Source of the DNA: Bacteroidales bacterium
GTDB lineage: Bacteria; Bacteroidota; Bacteroidia; Bacteroidales; UBA1715
Reading direction: 5' to 3'
Assembly (NCBI GenBank): GCA_027858745.1
Contig: JAQICB010000102.1
Location: forward strand, 14,892 to 78,891
DNA length: 64,000 nucleotides
Each line of letters starts with the position of its first letter. Within the stretch, counting starts at the first letter, position 1. Position numbers and translations under genes: made by a program. Under the pieces are notes generated by a model that was not told where the DNA came from, made no database searches, and saw only the letters and a list, made by a program, of their open reading frames with translations. Positions 18,368 through 27,818 of this stretch are shown here, piece after piece.

Positions 18368-21300
18368 ATGAAATACGGTTATAAATATTGTCTGCTTTTC
18401 GTTGTCATATTTGGTGCTTTGTTTACAAACGGACAGAATATAGATATCATTGACGGAACGATTCAAACAGGATGCAATTTTACTATTTATGATAGTGGTG
18501 GTTCCGGAGGAGTATATAATAATAGTGAGGATTATACTGTAACCATTTGTTCAGGTAGTACAGACTATGTAAAAATTGATTTCGCTTCTTTTATTATAGA
18601 ATCCGGCTATGATAATCTATATATATATGATGGTAACAGTATAGCTGCTCCGGAAGTGCTCGGAAGTCCCTTTTCAGGATCAAGTAGTCCCGGAACAATA
18701 TCTGCTACAGGAACTTGTATAACTATTCGATTTGTAACAGATGGTTCGTATACAAAGACGGGGTTTGAAATCAACACTTCCTGCATTCCTTCACCAACCA
18801 TTTATCCTATGACCGATGGTATGGCTATAATGGATTGTTACGGTATTTTTATGGATCCGCAAGGAGACGGTGCTTATGTGGACTATAATGAAACGCAAAC
18901 CATGACTTTTTGCTCAGGAACAGAAGAGGCACTTCAATTTGATTTTACCACATTCAGCACTAATGAAGCCGGTGATAATCTTGCTATTTATGATGGTAGT
19001 TCTACAGTCGATCCACTGATTGGCACATACAGTGGGAATTTAAGCCCGGGGCTTGTTACCTCAACAGGAACATGCCTTACATTTGAGTGGACAACCAACA
19101 ACAGTCTGGATGGTGCTCTGGGATGGTCTGCAGGTATTTCTTGTGTTGAAATACCTCCAATAAATTTTTCTTGTGCAAATGCTGAACCGCTTCCCTGTGG
19201 AACAAGCAGCCTAGAAGGTAGCACAGTATCTACATTGAATATTGAGCATCAAACCGGCTGCTCATTGTCCAACTATGGTGCATGGTACACCTTTATCGGC
19301 GATGGGGATTATACAACAATATCATTAACCGCAGACTTTGATGCTGAAATGGCTATTGTAACCGGCAGTTGTGGCAGTTTTTCATCGATAGCTTGTGTTG
19401 ACAATGCAGGTTCTTCCGGTATAGAATCTCATTCTTTTATTGCTAATGTTGGTCAAACGTATTATGTCTATATTGCATACTATTCTTCGGGTTCCTCAAT
19501 GACGGGTAATTTTACAATATCAAGATCGTGTACTGATTCCGAAGAATGTTCGTATTGTGGCAGTGCGGTTCAAATAAGTTCTATTCCGTATGCTTACACA
19601 GGAACAACATGTGGAGCTTGTAATAATTATAATAGTGAAAATGCCTGTAATTCATCATATCTTGAAGGAGAAGATTTTGTATTTGAATATACTCCGCTTG
19701 AAAATGAATATGTGGATGTTGATTTGATGGCAGATACTTATTATGTTGGGGTTAATATTACAAAAGATTGTCCGGATGTGGGAACTTGTATTTGGAGTGT
19801 TTCAAGTTCCGGCACTAATGCGATTGGTCAGTCGATACCTTTGTACGGCGGTACAACGTATTATTTCATTGTTTCTACAAATACATCATCTGCTTGTATA
19901 CCAAATTTCACTTTAGACTTGACTATAGCTTCACCACCACCTCCCGGTAAGGATTGTAGTACAAGTATTGCCTTTTGTACAGAAGATAATTATCTTTTCC
20001 CCGCTGCTACTGATGTTGACGGGTATGGCAAGGTTGGTTGCTTAGGGACTACTCCAAACCCTGCTTGGTACTTTATGGAGGTTAGCGAATCCGGTGATTT
20101 AATAATTGATATTACCAGTGGCGATGATGTCGATTTTATTGCGTGGGGACCGTATTCTTCGATTACAAATTATTGTGAAGAAATTTCGATGGAAGACTGT
20201 TCGACTTGTCCTGATAATACGAGTACGACTAATTTTTATCCGTACGGTAAAATCGTTGATTGTAGTTACGATCCGGCTGATAATGAAACAGTACATATTC
20301 TTGGTGCACAAACTGGTGAAATTTATGTTTTGCTTATAACAAATTACTCAAATACAGAAACTAATATTGAGTTTGAACAGACCGGTGGAGACGGAGTTGC
20401 TAATTGTGATATAGTGGCACCTCCTATTAGTAGTAATTCAATTGTATGTGAAGGCGATGATTTGGAGCTTTATGTTACATATACTCAGTCTGGAGCAACT
20501 TATTTTTGGACAGGGCCCAATGGGTGGACATCAACAGATATGAACCCTACGAGACCAAATGCTACTCTGGCAATGTCCGGCACATATTCTATGAATGTGA
20601 CTGTTAGTGGTAATACAACAGCTCCTGTAACAACAGATGTCGTTATTAATTCTTGGATAAGCCCAACATTTAGTGCAGTTGGTCCTTATTCTACGGGAGA
20701 TATTATTCCCGATTTGCCTACAACATCTCTCGAAGGCATTACGGGAAGCTGGTCACCTGCTATTGATAATACAACAACTACGACATATACATTTACCCCG
20801 GATGTCGGACAATGTGCTTCCTCAATAACGCTAACAATTGATGTTGACGCAATCATAACGCCAACATTTAGTGTAGTTGGTTCATATTGTGTGGGCGATG
20901 TTATTCCTGCTTTGCCTACAACATCACTTGAAGGTATTACAGGAACGTGGTCGCCTGCTATTGATAATATAACAACCACAACATACACATTTACCCCGGA
21001 TGCCGGAGAATCTGCATCTACAACAACGCTTACTATTGATGTTGACGCAATCATAACGCCAACATTTAGTGCAGTTGGTCCTTATTCTACGGGAGATATT
21101 ATTCCCGATTTACCTACAACATCTCTCGAAGACATTACGGGAAGCTGGTCACCGGCTATTGATAATACAACAACCACAACATACATATTCACCCCGGATG
21201 TCGGACAATGTGCTTCCTCAACAACGCTTACAATTGCTGTTGGTACAATCATAACGCCAACATTTAATGCAGTTGGTCCTTATTGCGTAGGCGATGTTAT

Positions 21301-23389
21301 TCCTGCTTTGCCTACAACATCACTTGAAGGTATTACAGGAACGTGGTCTCCTGCCATTGATAATACAACAACTACAACATACACATTTACTCCTGATGCC
21401 GGAAAATGTGCTTCCTCAACAACGCTTACAATTGATGTTGACGCAATCATAACGCCAACATTTACCCAATTGGGTCCCTATCGTGTTGGCGATATTCCGG
21501 ATGTTTTACCTGTAACTTCAAATAATGGAGTGAATGGTATATGGACTCCCGTATCAATCAATACCGCAACTGAGGATACAAGAACCTATACTTTTTTGTC
21601 AAGTGCAGGGGGGTGTGTGGCGAATACAACAATGGAGGTAACAGTAACTATGTTTAATTGTCAGTTTGATGCTCCGGAAGTTTTTGGTGTAGAAGAGTGT
21701 AAGGGTAATGACTTGTCAGACATTCTTGCAAATAAACCGATGTCTACTACAGAATCGGTAGATACATGGAAAATTTACGATGAAGATAATAATCCTATTT
21801 TAATAAGCGGAGCAATAACCGATGATAGCTATAGTTTTGCACACGGTGTTGATAATATGACCGTAGGTACAACAAAATTTTATGTGAGTTATATCGCAAC
21901 AGAATCTAGTAGCGGGAACCAGTGTGAGAGTGCAAAAACAGAAGTTTCGGTTGTGGTGAACCAACTTCCGGATATTACGATAACAGCACCAACAACACCA
22001 ATTTGTTTCGATGCGGGCGTTCAGGTCTTTGATAAAACTGTTGATTATGCCTCAAATGGATTAGGAACAGGTTCTTGGGCCGTAGATGGTGCGACACGTG
22101 GTATAAATTCTTCCGGTGAATTTGACCCAACATTTAATGGCGAGACTACAGATACGCATGAGATATCATATAGTTATGTTGATGGTAAAGGCTGTACAGA
22201 TATTGCACGGCAAGATGTGATGGTGTACTTTACGCCGGCACCACAAGTAGATTCTTTTGTTATTTGTAAAAACGAAAATATTGAGCTCATGTATGGAGAC
22301 GGAACTCCCCAGATGATTTGGATTAGCCACGATGCATATCCATCTGTGAGTGAGGGTAATGTATATGAGTTTGAAAATGAAAAGGATTTAGATGTTGGAA
22401 TATATCAATTTACGGTATATGATTATGATTCTATAATCGGCTGTAAAAGTCCAGAGGTTCCGGTTAGTTTAAGATTGGTTCCACCGTCTGTTCCAGAAAT
22501 ATTGGGAGCAAAAAAAGTCTGTGAAAATCAGATTGAGGAGAGATATGCTACAAAATATAATGGAGGAAGCATATATGATTGGAAGGTAAGTGCTGATAAG
22601 GTAAGTTATGTTAAGGATGATGCAAGCAAAAATGTGCTCTATGTTGATTGGGGTGTGCCTGGATATGATACTCTGATGGTAATGGAGCAAACTATTGATG
22701 GCTGTGTTGGATATGATACAATAGTTGTTGAAACAGCACCGTATCCAATCCCATCGTTTGACTGGTCATTACCGGGAGCTTCTAATATTGTGTTATATAC
22801 AAATCAAACAATTCAAGATTCTATATGGAATTATAATTCATCTGGCTTGCAAAATAATAAAGAGATTCCGTATGATTTGTATTGGGATTTTGGTGCCAAT
22901 CGCAGAAATCCGGATAGTACTGAGACGTTAGTTAGATATAAAGATGTAAATAAACCTTTAGAGGTAGAACGATATTTATATGGGTATTCCAATCCCGTAT
23001 TACGAGCCGTAAATAGTTATGGATGTGAAAGTAGTTATTCGGAAAAAATATTTATTGATTTATGTGCAAATTTATATGTGCCAAATGCATTTTCACCAAT
23101 GAATCCAGCACAAGGAGTACGCTATTTTCAACCGAAAGGATTTAACATTTATACAATGGAAATATGGGTGTATGACCTGTGGGGAAATCTAGTATGGTAT
23201 TCGAATGAGGTAGACGACGAAGGTGATTTTATGGGACGGTGGGATGGAAGATACAAGGGAAAAGTATTGAAATCAGATACCTATATTTGGAAAATTGAAG
23301 CTGTGTTTAAAGATGGTCAAGACTGGAAAGGTATTCCTAATGGGAGAGGTGGATTTGACAAAATTGGTCCGGTTATCTTGTTGCGATAG
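18368..23389 (+). CDS. Giant secreted adhesin-like protein with CUB-like modules, tandem Ig-like repeats and a T9SS type B (gliding motility-associated) C-terminal domain
   Basis: 1673 aa. Two CUB-like modules (..YDNLYIYDGNS.., ..GDNLAIYDGSS..). Four-plus tandem 66-aa repeats. The C-terminus LYVPNAFSP..GRWDGRYKGK..YIWKIEA..ILLR fits the type B sorting domain. Confidence 0.85.
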   Translation: MKYGYKYCLLFVVIFGALFTNGQNIDIIDGTIQTGCNFTIYDSGGSGGVYNNSEDYTVTICSGSTDYVKIDFASFIIESGYDNLYIYDGNSIAAPEVLGSPFSGSSSPGTISATGTCITIRFVTDGSYTKTGFEINTSCIPSPTIYPMTDGMAIMDCYGIFMDPQGDGAYVDYNETQTMTFCSGTEEALQFDFTTFSTNEAGDNLAIYDGSSTVDPLIGTYSGNLSPGLVTSTGTCLTFEWTTNNSLDGALGWSAGISCVEIPPINFSCANAEPLPCGTSSLEGSTVSTLNIEHQTGCSLSNYGAWYTFIGDGDYTTISLTADFDAEMAIVTGSCGSFSSIACVDNAGSSGIESHSFIANVGQTYYVYIAYYSSGSSMTGNFTISRSCTDSEECSYCGSAVQISSIPYAYTGTTCGACNNYNSENACNSSYLEGEDFVFEYTPLENEYVDVDLMADTYYVGVNITKDCPDVGTCIWSVSSSGTNAIGQSIPLYGGTTYYFIVSTNTSSACIPNFTLDLTIASPPPPGKDCSTSIAFCTEDNYLFPAATDVDGYGKVGCLGTTPNPAWYFMEVSESGDLIIDITSGDDVDFIAWGPYSSITNYCEEISMEDCSTCPDNTSTTNFYPYGKIVDCSYDPADNETVHILGAQTGEIYVLLITNYSNTETNIEFEQTGGDGVANCDIVAPPISSNSIVCEGDDLELYVTYTQSGATYFWTGPNGWTSTDMNPTRPNATLAMSGTYSMNVTVSGNTTAPVTTDVVINSWISPTFSAVGPYSTGDIIPDLPTTSLEGITGSWSPAIDNTTTTTYTFTPDVGQCASSITLTIDVDAIITPTFSVVGSYCVGDVIPALPTTSLEGITGTWSPAIDNITTTTYTFTPDAGESASTTTLTIDVDAIITPTFSAVGPYSTGDIIPDLPTTSLEDITGSWSPAIDNTTTTTYIFTPDVGQCASSTTLTIAVGTIITPTFNAVGPYCVGDVIPALPTTSLEGITGTWSPAIDNTTTTTYTFTPDAGKCASSTTLTIDVDAIITPTFTQLGPYRVGDIPDVLPVTSNNGVNGIWTPVSINTATEDTRTYTFLSSAGGCVANTTMEVTVTMFNCQFDAPEVFGVEECKGNDLSDILANKPMSTTESVDTWKIYDEDNNPILISGAITDDSYSFAHGVDNMTVGTTKFYVSYIATESSSGNQCESAKTEVSVVVNQLPDITITAPTTPICFDAGVQVFDKTVDYASNGLGTGSWAVDGATRGINSSGEFDPTFNGETTDTHEISYSYVDGKGCTDIARQDVMVYFTPAPQVDSFVICKNENIELMYGDGTPQMIWISHDAYPSVSEGNVYEFENEKDLDVGIYQFTVYDYDSIIGCKSPEVPVSLRLVPPSVPEILGAKKVCENQIEERYATKYNGGSIYDWKVSADKVSYVKDDASKNVLYVDWGVPGYDTLMVMEQTIDGCVGYDTIVVETAPYPIPSFDWSLPGASNIVLYTNQTIQDSIWNYNSSGLQNNKEIPYDLYWDFGANRRNPDSTETLVRYKDVNKPLEVERYLYGYSNPVLRAVNSYGCESSYSEKIFIDLCANLYVPNAFSPMNPAQGVRYFQPKGFNIYTMEIWVYDLWGNLVWYSNEVDDEGDFMGRWDGRYKGKVLKSDTYIWKIEAVFKDGQDWKGIPNGRGGFDKIGPVILLR
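20663..21454 (+). repeat. Four in-frame 198-bp tandem repeats in an A-B-A'-B' pattern, plus a diverged fifth unit to about 21650
   Basis: CCAACATTTA recurs at 20663, 20861, 21059, 21257 and 21455, an exact 198-bp period. I count about 13 mismatches in 198 between units 1 and 3. Units 2 and 4 are similarly close. Confidence 0.9.
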
Positions 23390-23397
23390 AATTAAAA

Positions 23398-23439
23398 AAT
23401 CTACATTCAACACAAAATTCTTTGTACTGAATGTAGATT
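23398..23439. terminator. Hairpin between convergent genes (adhesin-like gene and thrA)
   Basis: 12-bp stem AATCTACATTCA (23398-23409) / TGAATGTAGATT (23428-23439) with an 18-nt loop. Confidence 0.55.
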
Positions 23440-23449
23440 CAATTTATCG

Positions 23450-25900
23450 TTAAAAATTTACTATTCGAATAATATCTGCAAATACTCCGGCTGCAGTTAC
23501 TTCTGCACCTGCACCGGGGCCGATAACGATTAAGGGTTGTGTGCGGTATCGTGCCGTTGTAAATGAAATAATGTTATCACTTCCTGTTATATTATAAAAA
23601 GGATGTGTTGGGTCTATCGCTTTTATTTCAGTTTTTGCTTTACCGTTTTCGTATGTTGCAATGTATTTTAATCGTTTGTTATTTGAAGATGCTTCTTTTA
23701 TTTTCTTTTCATATACAGAATTGTCAAATTTTTCGAGAGTTTCCCATAGTTCATCTACTGTTTTTGTTTTTTGACTTTCGGGACTTAAGCAATTTTCAAT
23801 CTGAATATCATCAAGATTGAATTCACATCCAATTTCACGAGAAAGAATTAATATTTTTCTCGCAACGTCCAATCCTGAAAGATCTAATTTTGGATCAGGT
23901 TCGGTAAATCCTTTATCACGAGCTTCTTTGACCACAGATGCAAAATCATGCGATTCGTTACAATTACTGAAAATGTAGTTTAATGAACCGGACAGGATAG
24001 CTTCAATTTTGAGAATTTCATCACCGCTTTTAATTAAATCTTTGAGTGTGTTTATTACGGGCAATCCTGCTCCTACATTGGTTTCGTAATAAAAACGAGC
24101 GCCTGTTTCAGCTGCAATTTTATGAATGTTTTCGTATCGTTTATAATCGCTCGCATTTGCAATTTTATTTGGTGTAACAATTGAAACACTTTTTTCTAAA
24201 AGTTCTTCATATTTTGAAGCAACATCGTAACTTCCGGTATTGTCAACAAATACACTGTTTCGTAAGTTGAGTTCTTTTATTGTGTTTACAAAAATATCTA
24301 AATCAGGTTTTGCTCCTTGTGTAGTCATAATTTCTGACCAATTTGAAATATCCAAGCCGTCTTCGTCAATTATGTACCCATCTATATTTGAGATGCCGAT
24401 AACTTTAACATCAATATTACTTTTTGCAATTAATGTGGTATGTTGAGCTGCAATTTGGTTTATTAACTCATTACCAATTACGCCTGTTCCAACAATAAAC
24501 ACGTTAAGTGTTTGGTCGTTCGATAAGAAAAATGCTTCGTGAAGTGCATTAAGAGCTTTGTTTGTGTTTGTGTTGCAAACAACTACAGAAATGTTTAATT
24601 CGCTTGCTCCTTGTGCAATTGCATGAACATTTATACCATTTAGACCCAAAGCATTAAAAAATCTTCCCGATACGCCGGGTATATTTTTCATATTTTCACC
24701 AACTGCTGCAATTACCGATAAATTATCTTTTATCCGAATAGTTTCTATTAACTTTGTTTCGAGTTCTCCTTCAAATTCGTCTTCTAATAATTTTTTTGCA
24801 TTGTGTGCTTCTTGAGGAGAAACAGCAAAGGTAATTGAGTGTTCTGAAGACCCTTGCGTAATAAGTATAACATTTATATTTCCTTTAGCAATAGCTTTAA
24901 ACAATCGCATTGAAATACCTGCTTCGCCAATCATTCCACTTCCTTGTACGGTAATTAAACTTACATCGTCAATAGATGAAATTCCCTGAACTCGGTGTTC
25001 CGGATTTTGATTGGTGTTTGAAATATATGTTCCCGGAGCTGTTGGATTAAAGGTGTTTTTTATAATTACCGGAATATTTTCTGCCATGGCAGGGATAACT
25101 GTTCTTGGTTCAAGTACTTTTGCTCCAAAATGAGACAGTTCCATTGCTTCGGCATAGGTTACTTGTGCCAGTGGATATGCTTTTTTTACTTTTCTCGGAT
25201 CGGCAGTCATCATACCGTCAACATCGGTCCATATTTCGAGTATTTCTGCTTTGAGTGCTTGTGCGAAAACTGCTGCTGAATAATCAGACCCGCCTCTTCC
25301 TAGTGTTATTGTTTCATTGTCGGCTGTACTTGCAATAAATCCGGTAACAATATATGTTGTAGATCCATCTCCAATAGCTTTTCGAATATTTTTTTGCGTA
25401 ACATCAAAATTAATTTTTGCTGCCCCAAAGGTTTTGTCTGTTTTTATTACTTCTTGTGCATCAAGATAATCGGCTTTTATTTGTTTTTCTTGTAAAGCTT
25501 GTGCTATAATGAATGCTGATAACCGTTCGCCGTAACTTGAAATAAGATCGAGAGACCGCGGAGATAATTCTCTAATCAGATACAATCCGTGAAGAATGTT
25601 GTGTAAGTTTTTTATTAAATCATCTACGTATTCAAGACTTTTTGATTTTCGTTCTCCACTCAATAAGGTTTGTATAACGTTTTGATGAATTGTCGAAATT
25701 TCTGTTATCGTTTCTTTATATGAAATGTTCGATTCTGCAGCTAAATTCCCTGCTTCTATTAATTTATTTGTAATGCCGCCAAATGCCGAAACAACAACTG
25801 CAATAGTATCATCTTGAAGTTTTTCCGAAATTATAGAAATTGTTTTTGAAATGTTTACTGCATTTTGAACTGATGTGCCACCGAATTTTAAAATTTTCAT
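23450..25900 (-). CDS. thrA: Bifunctional aspartate kinase / homoserine dehydrogenase I
   Basis: N-terminal aspartokinase (MKILKFGGTSV), ACT region and a C-terminal homoserine dehydrogenase Rossmann motif (FIVGTGVIGNE). 816 aa. Confidence 0.93.
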   Translation of the reverse strand: MKILKFGGTSVQNAVNISKTISIISEKLQDDTIAVVVSAFGGITNKLIEAGNLAAESNISYKETITEISTIHQNVIQTLLSGERKSKSLEYVDDLIKNLHNILHGLYLIRELSPRSLDLISSYGERLSAFIIAQALQEKQIKADYLDAQEVIKTDKTFGAAKINFDVTQKNIRKAIGDGSTTYIVTGFIASTADNETITLGRGGSDYSAAVFAQALKAEILEIWTDVDGMMTADPRKVKKAYPLAQVTYAEAMELSHFGAKVLEPRTVIPAMAENIPVIIKNTFNPTAPGTYISNTNQNPEHRVQGISSIDDVSLITVQGSGMIGEAGISMRLFKAIAKGNINVILITQGSSEHSITFAVSPQEAHNAKKLLEDEFEGELETKLIETIRIKDNLSVIAAVGENMKNIPGVSGRFFNALGLNGINVHAIAQGASELNISVVVCNTNTNKALNALHEAFFLSNDQTLNVFIVGTGVIGNELINQIAAQHTTLIAKSNIDVKVIGISNIDGYIIDEDGLDISNWSEIMTTQGAKPDLDIFVNTIKELNLRNSVFVDNTGSYDVASKYEELLEKSVSIVTPNKIANASDYKRYENIHKIAAETGARFYYETNVGAGLPVINTLKDLIKSGDEILKIEAILSGSLNYIFSNCNESHDFASVVKEARDKGFTEPDPKLDLSGLDVARKILILSREIGCEFNLDDIQIENCLSPESQKTKTVDELWETLEKFDNSVYEKKIKEASSNNKRLKYIATYENGKAKTEIKAIDPTHPFYNITGSDNIISFTTARYRTQPLIVIGPGAGAEVTAAGVFADIIRIVNF

Positions 25901-26012
25901 ATGTATATTTTATTGATTTTTATTTGTTATACCCGCCTAATTGGGGGGCTTGTGAAACTGCCATGAGATAATTGTTTAAGTTTTTCTAAAATTTTTATCA
26001 TGGATGTTTCAT
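25901..26012 (-). promoter_or_regulatory. Conserved structured leader motif, copy A (5' of thrA)
   Basis: Stem 1: 25961-25971 pairs with 25995-26003. Stem 2: CCCGCC 25932-25937 / TAATT loop / GGGGGG 25943-25948. Homologous to 29166-29276 and 57427-57535, with compensatory substitutions. Confidence 0.5.
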
Positions 26013-26106
26013 TATTTTTTTATTTATGTTCTGTTTATATAATTATTTTCAGATGCGGTAAAATTAATACAAGGCTTTATTATATCAAAATAAAACAAAT
26101 CAAATC

Positions 26107-26121
26107 CGCATTAATAATGCG
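26107..26121 (-). terminator. Weak intrinsic terminator after the S41 peptidase gene
   Basis: CGCATT / AATGCG 6-bp stem with a 3-nt loop, followed on the minus strand by GATTTGATTTGTTTTATTTT. Confidence 0.35.
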
Positions 26122-26131
26122 TGAATTTTGC

Positions 26132-27808
26132 TTATTTTTTGTGAGTTCCTTCAACACCCGATACAATACGTTTGTATTTTGTCGCATTCAGATATGTTTG
26201 CGCTGCCTCAATGTATGTGTCGTGTGGTAAAAAATATTGAACAGAGCCTTCTGCCGAGAAGAAATATTTTGTTATTTCTTTACCAAGTATTTGAGAAAGA
26301 GCATCTTTTTCTACAATAAGTTGTTTCTTTTCTTGTTCGTGTATCGTTTCTTGTAATTCTTTAATTGCGAAATCTATATTGAGTGAATCTTTTTGAGATT
26401 CTGCTTTAAGTTGTGCTATTAATGTCTGCTTTTTTGTATGTTTTAATTGGGCACTTGTATCTACAAATGTTACAAATGATTGATACAGTTCTTCAGAAAC
26501 GGTAAAAGTTTCGGGGCTATATTTTGTGCTGTCTTTCGGTGAAAAATATGTTGATGCAAAGTGTAAAAAAGATGATTGTTCCAGTAAATTTTTTTGCATG
26601 TGCGATTGATTTCCAATATCAGAAATAAGCACATCAGGTATTATGCCACCACCGTCTTTTACCGGTCTTCCATTTTTTGTGTAGAATGTGCTGAGTAATG
26701 AATCGGGGATTGATTGTGATTTTCCGTCTGAATCTTTATGGGAATAATCTATTTTTTGAATACATCGACCGCTCGGAATGTAATATTTGGAAATTGTAAC
26801 TTTAAGCATCGAATTGTGGGCAATTTTTCTTTGAGCTTGCACAAGACCCTTACCGAAACTTTGTTCGCCGATTATTATTCCTCGATCAAAATCTTGAATG
26901 CTTCCTGCAACAATTTCAGATGCTGATGCCGATTTTTCATTAATTAATATAATGAGTTTTGAACTGGTGTCTAGAGCTTCTTTTTGGGTGAAATAATCAT
27001 GAGATGCAAGTGAGTTTTTGCCGCGGGTGTACACAATTTTATTGTTTTTGGGAATAAAAATGTTTACAACTTGAATCGCTTCAAATAGTAATCCGCCGGG
27101 ATTGTTTCGTAAATCAATAATAAATGATTCTGCACCTTTGTTTTTAAGTTCTCGATGAGCTTCTATTATATCTTGTGAACAGTTTTGAGTAAAACTGCGT
27201 AGCTTTATGTATCCGATGTTTGATGAAATCATTCCATGATAGGGGATGCTAGAAATTTGAATTTTTTCCCGTTGTATTGAAAAATGAATAAGACTGTCTA
27301 CACCGAATCGTTTAATGTCAATATTCATGTATGTTCCGGGTTCTCCTTGCAGTATTTCGTGAATTTCTTCGTCAGTTTTATCGTCAATAGAATGATTGTC
27401 TATTTTCATAATAATGTCTCCCGGCATAATGCCTGATTTTTGTGCAGGAGAGTTTTTATATACTTCGGAAATGAAGTTTTGTGATTTTTGAGATGAGAGA
27501 ATCGCTCCAATTCCTCCATATTCGCCATGAGTCATGATGCGATATTCTTCAATTTTTGATTGAGGAATATATTTGGTATAGGGGTCTAATGAGGAGAGCA
27601 TGCTGTCAATTGCTATTGTTATAAGCTCTTCGGGGTCTGTTTCGTTTACATATTGTTCATTCAATTCGCTAAACAGTGAATAGAAAATATCAAGACTTTT
27701 TGCTGTTTTAAATGTTTTCGTGTCATCAAAAAATGCAAATAAACTAATGATGATACTTGCAAAAACAAGTATGAATAATGATAATATGACTGAAGATTTT
27801 TTTTTCAT
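26132..27808 (-). CDS. S41-family C-terminal processing peptidase with PDZ domain
   Basis: N-terminal anchor MKKKSSVILSLFILVFASIII, PDZ region (..GIMPGDIIMKID..), catalytic motifs NEKSASASEI and GEQSFGKG. The ORF extends to 27847, but the Met at 27808 gives the signal anchor. Confidence 0.85.
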   Translation of the reverse strand: MKKKSSVILSLFILVFASIIISLFAFFDDTKTFKTAKSLDIFYSLFSELNEQYVNETDPEELITIAIDSMLSSLDPYTKYIPQSKIEEYRIMTHGEYGGIGAILSSQKSQNFISEVYKNSPAQKSGIMPGDIIMKIDNHSIDDKTDEEIHEILQGEPGTYMNIDIKRFGVDSLIHFSIQREKIQISSIPYHGMISSNIGYIKLRSFTQNCSQDIIEAHRELKNKGAESFIIDLRNNPGGLLFEAIQVVNIFIPKNNKIVYTRGKNSLASHDYFTQKEALDTSSKLIILINEKSASASEIVAGSIQDFDRGIIIGEQSFGKGLVQAQRKIAHNSMLKVTISKYYIPSGRCIQKIDYSHKDSDGKSQSIPDSLLSTFYTKNGRPVKDGGGIIPDVLISDIGNQSHMQKNLLEQSSFLHFASTYFSPKDSTKYSPETFTVSEELYQSFVTFVDTSAQLKHTKKQTLIAQLKAESQKDSLNIDFAIKELQETIHEQEKKQLIVEKDALSQILGKEITKYFFSAEGSVQYFLPHDTYIEAAQTYLNATKYKRIVSGVEGTHKK

Positions 27809-27818
27809 ACAAATCTGA

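Noticed and set aside
20686-21054. 122-aa minus-strand ORF in the track, and similar antisense ORFs (484-756, 10018-10308, 11042-11395, 12206-12472, 31308-31619, 54112-54345 and others)
   Set aside because: All lie fully inside longer, well-supported genes on the opposite strand. They have no recognisable motifs and are typical shadow ORFs of AT-rich DNA.
20663-21454. Regularly spaced 198-bp repeats that could be mistaken for a CRISPR-like or satellite array
   Set aside because: The period is a multiple of 3, the repeats are in frame inside a long ORF, adjacent units are contiguous with no unique spacers, and the encoded 66-aa units form a coherent protein domain.
25950-25966. Sigma-54-type promoter (TGGCAG..N..AAGC) within leader copy A
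   Set aside because: The GG-to-GC spacing is 11 rather than 10 nt, the -12 element is not TTGC, and copies B and C lack the GC element.
25995-26008. Resemblance to the TwoAYGGAY RNA motif (AUGGAU present)
   Set aside because: Only one AYGGAY-like hexamer occurs per copy. It lies partly in a stem rather than in two terminal loops, and its strand is inconsistent between copies.
25998-26012. A conserved regulatory mini-ORF (M-K/N-H-P-stop) as the core of the leader motif
   Set aside because: Downgraded rather than discarded. Copy C has a 1-nt insertion (AUGAAACUAUCC) that converts it into an unrelated 34-codon ORF, so conservation appears to be at the nucleotide or structure level. With only three copies the question stays open.
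26000-26230. 76-aa plus-strand ORF in the thrA upstream spacer, and the 63-aa ORF at 26128-26319
   Set aside because: The composition is non-protein-like (F/I/C/Y-rich). The first overlaps the leader motif, the terminator and the 3' end of the S41 peptidase gene on the other strand; the second lies entirely antisense within that gene. Copy B has only a 4-codon equivalent on that strand.
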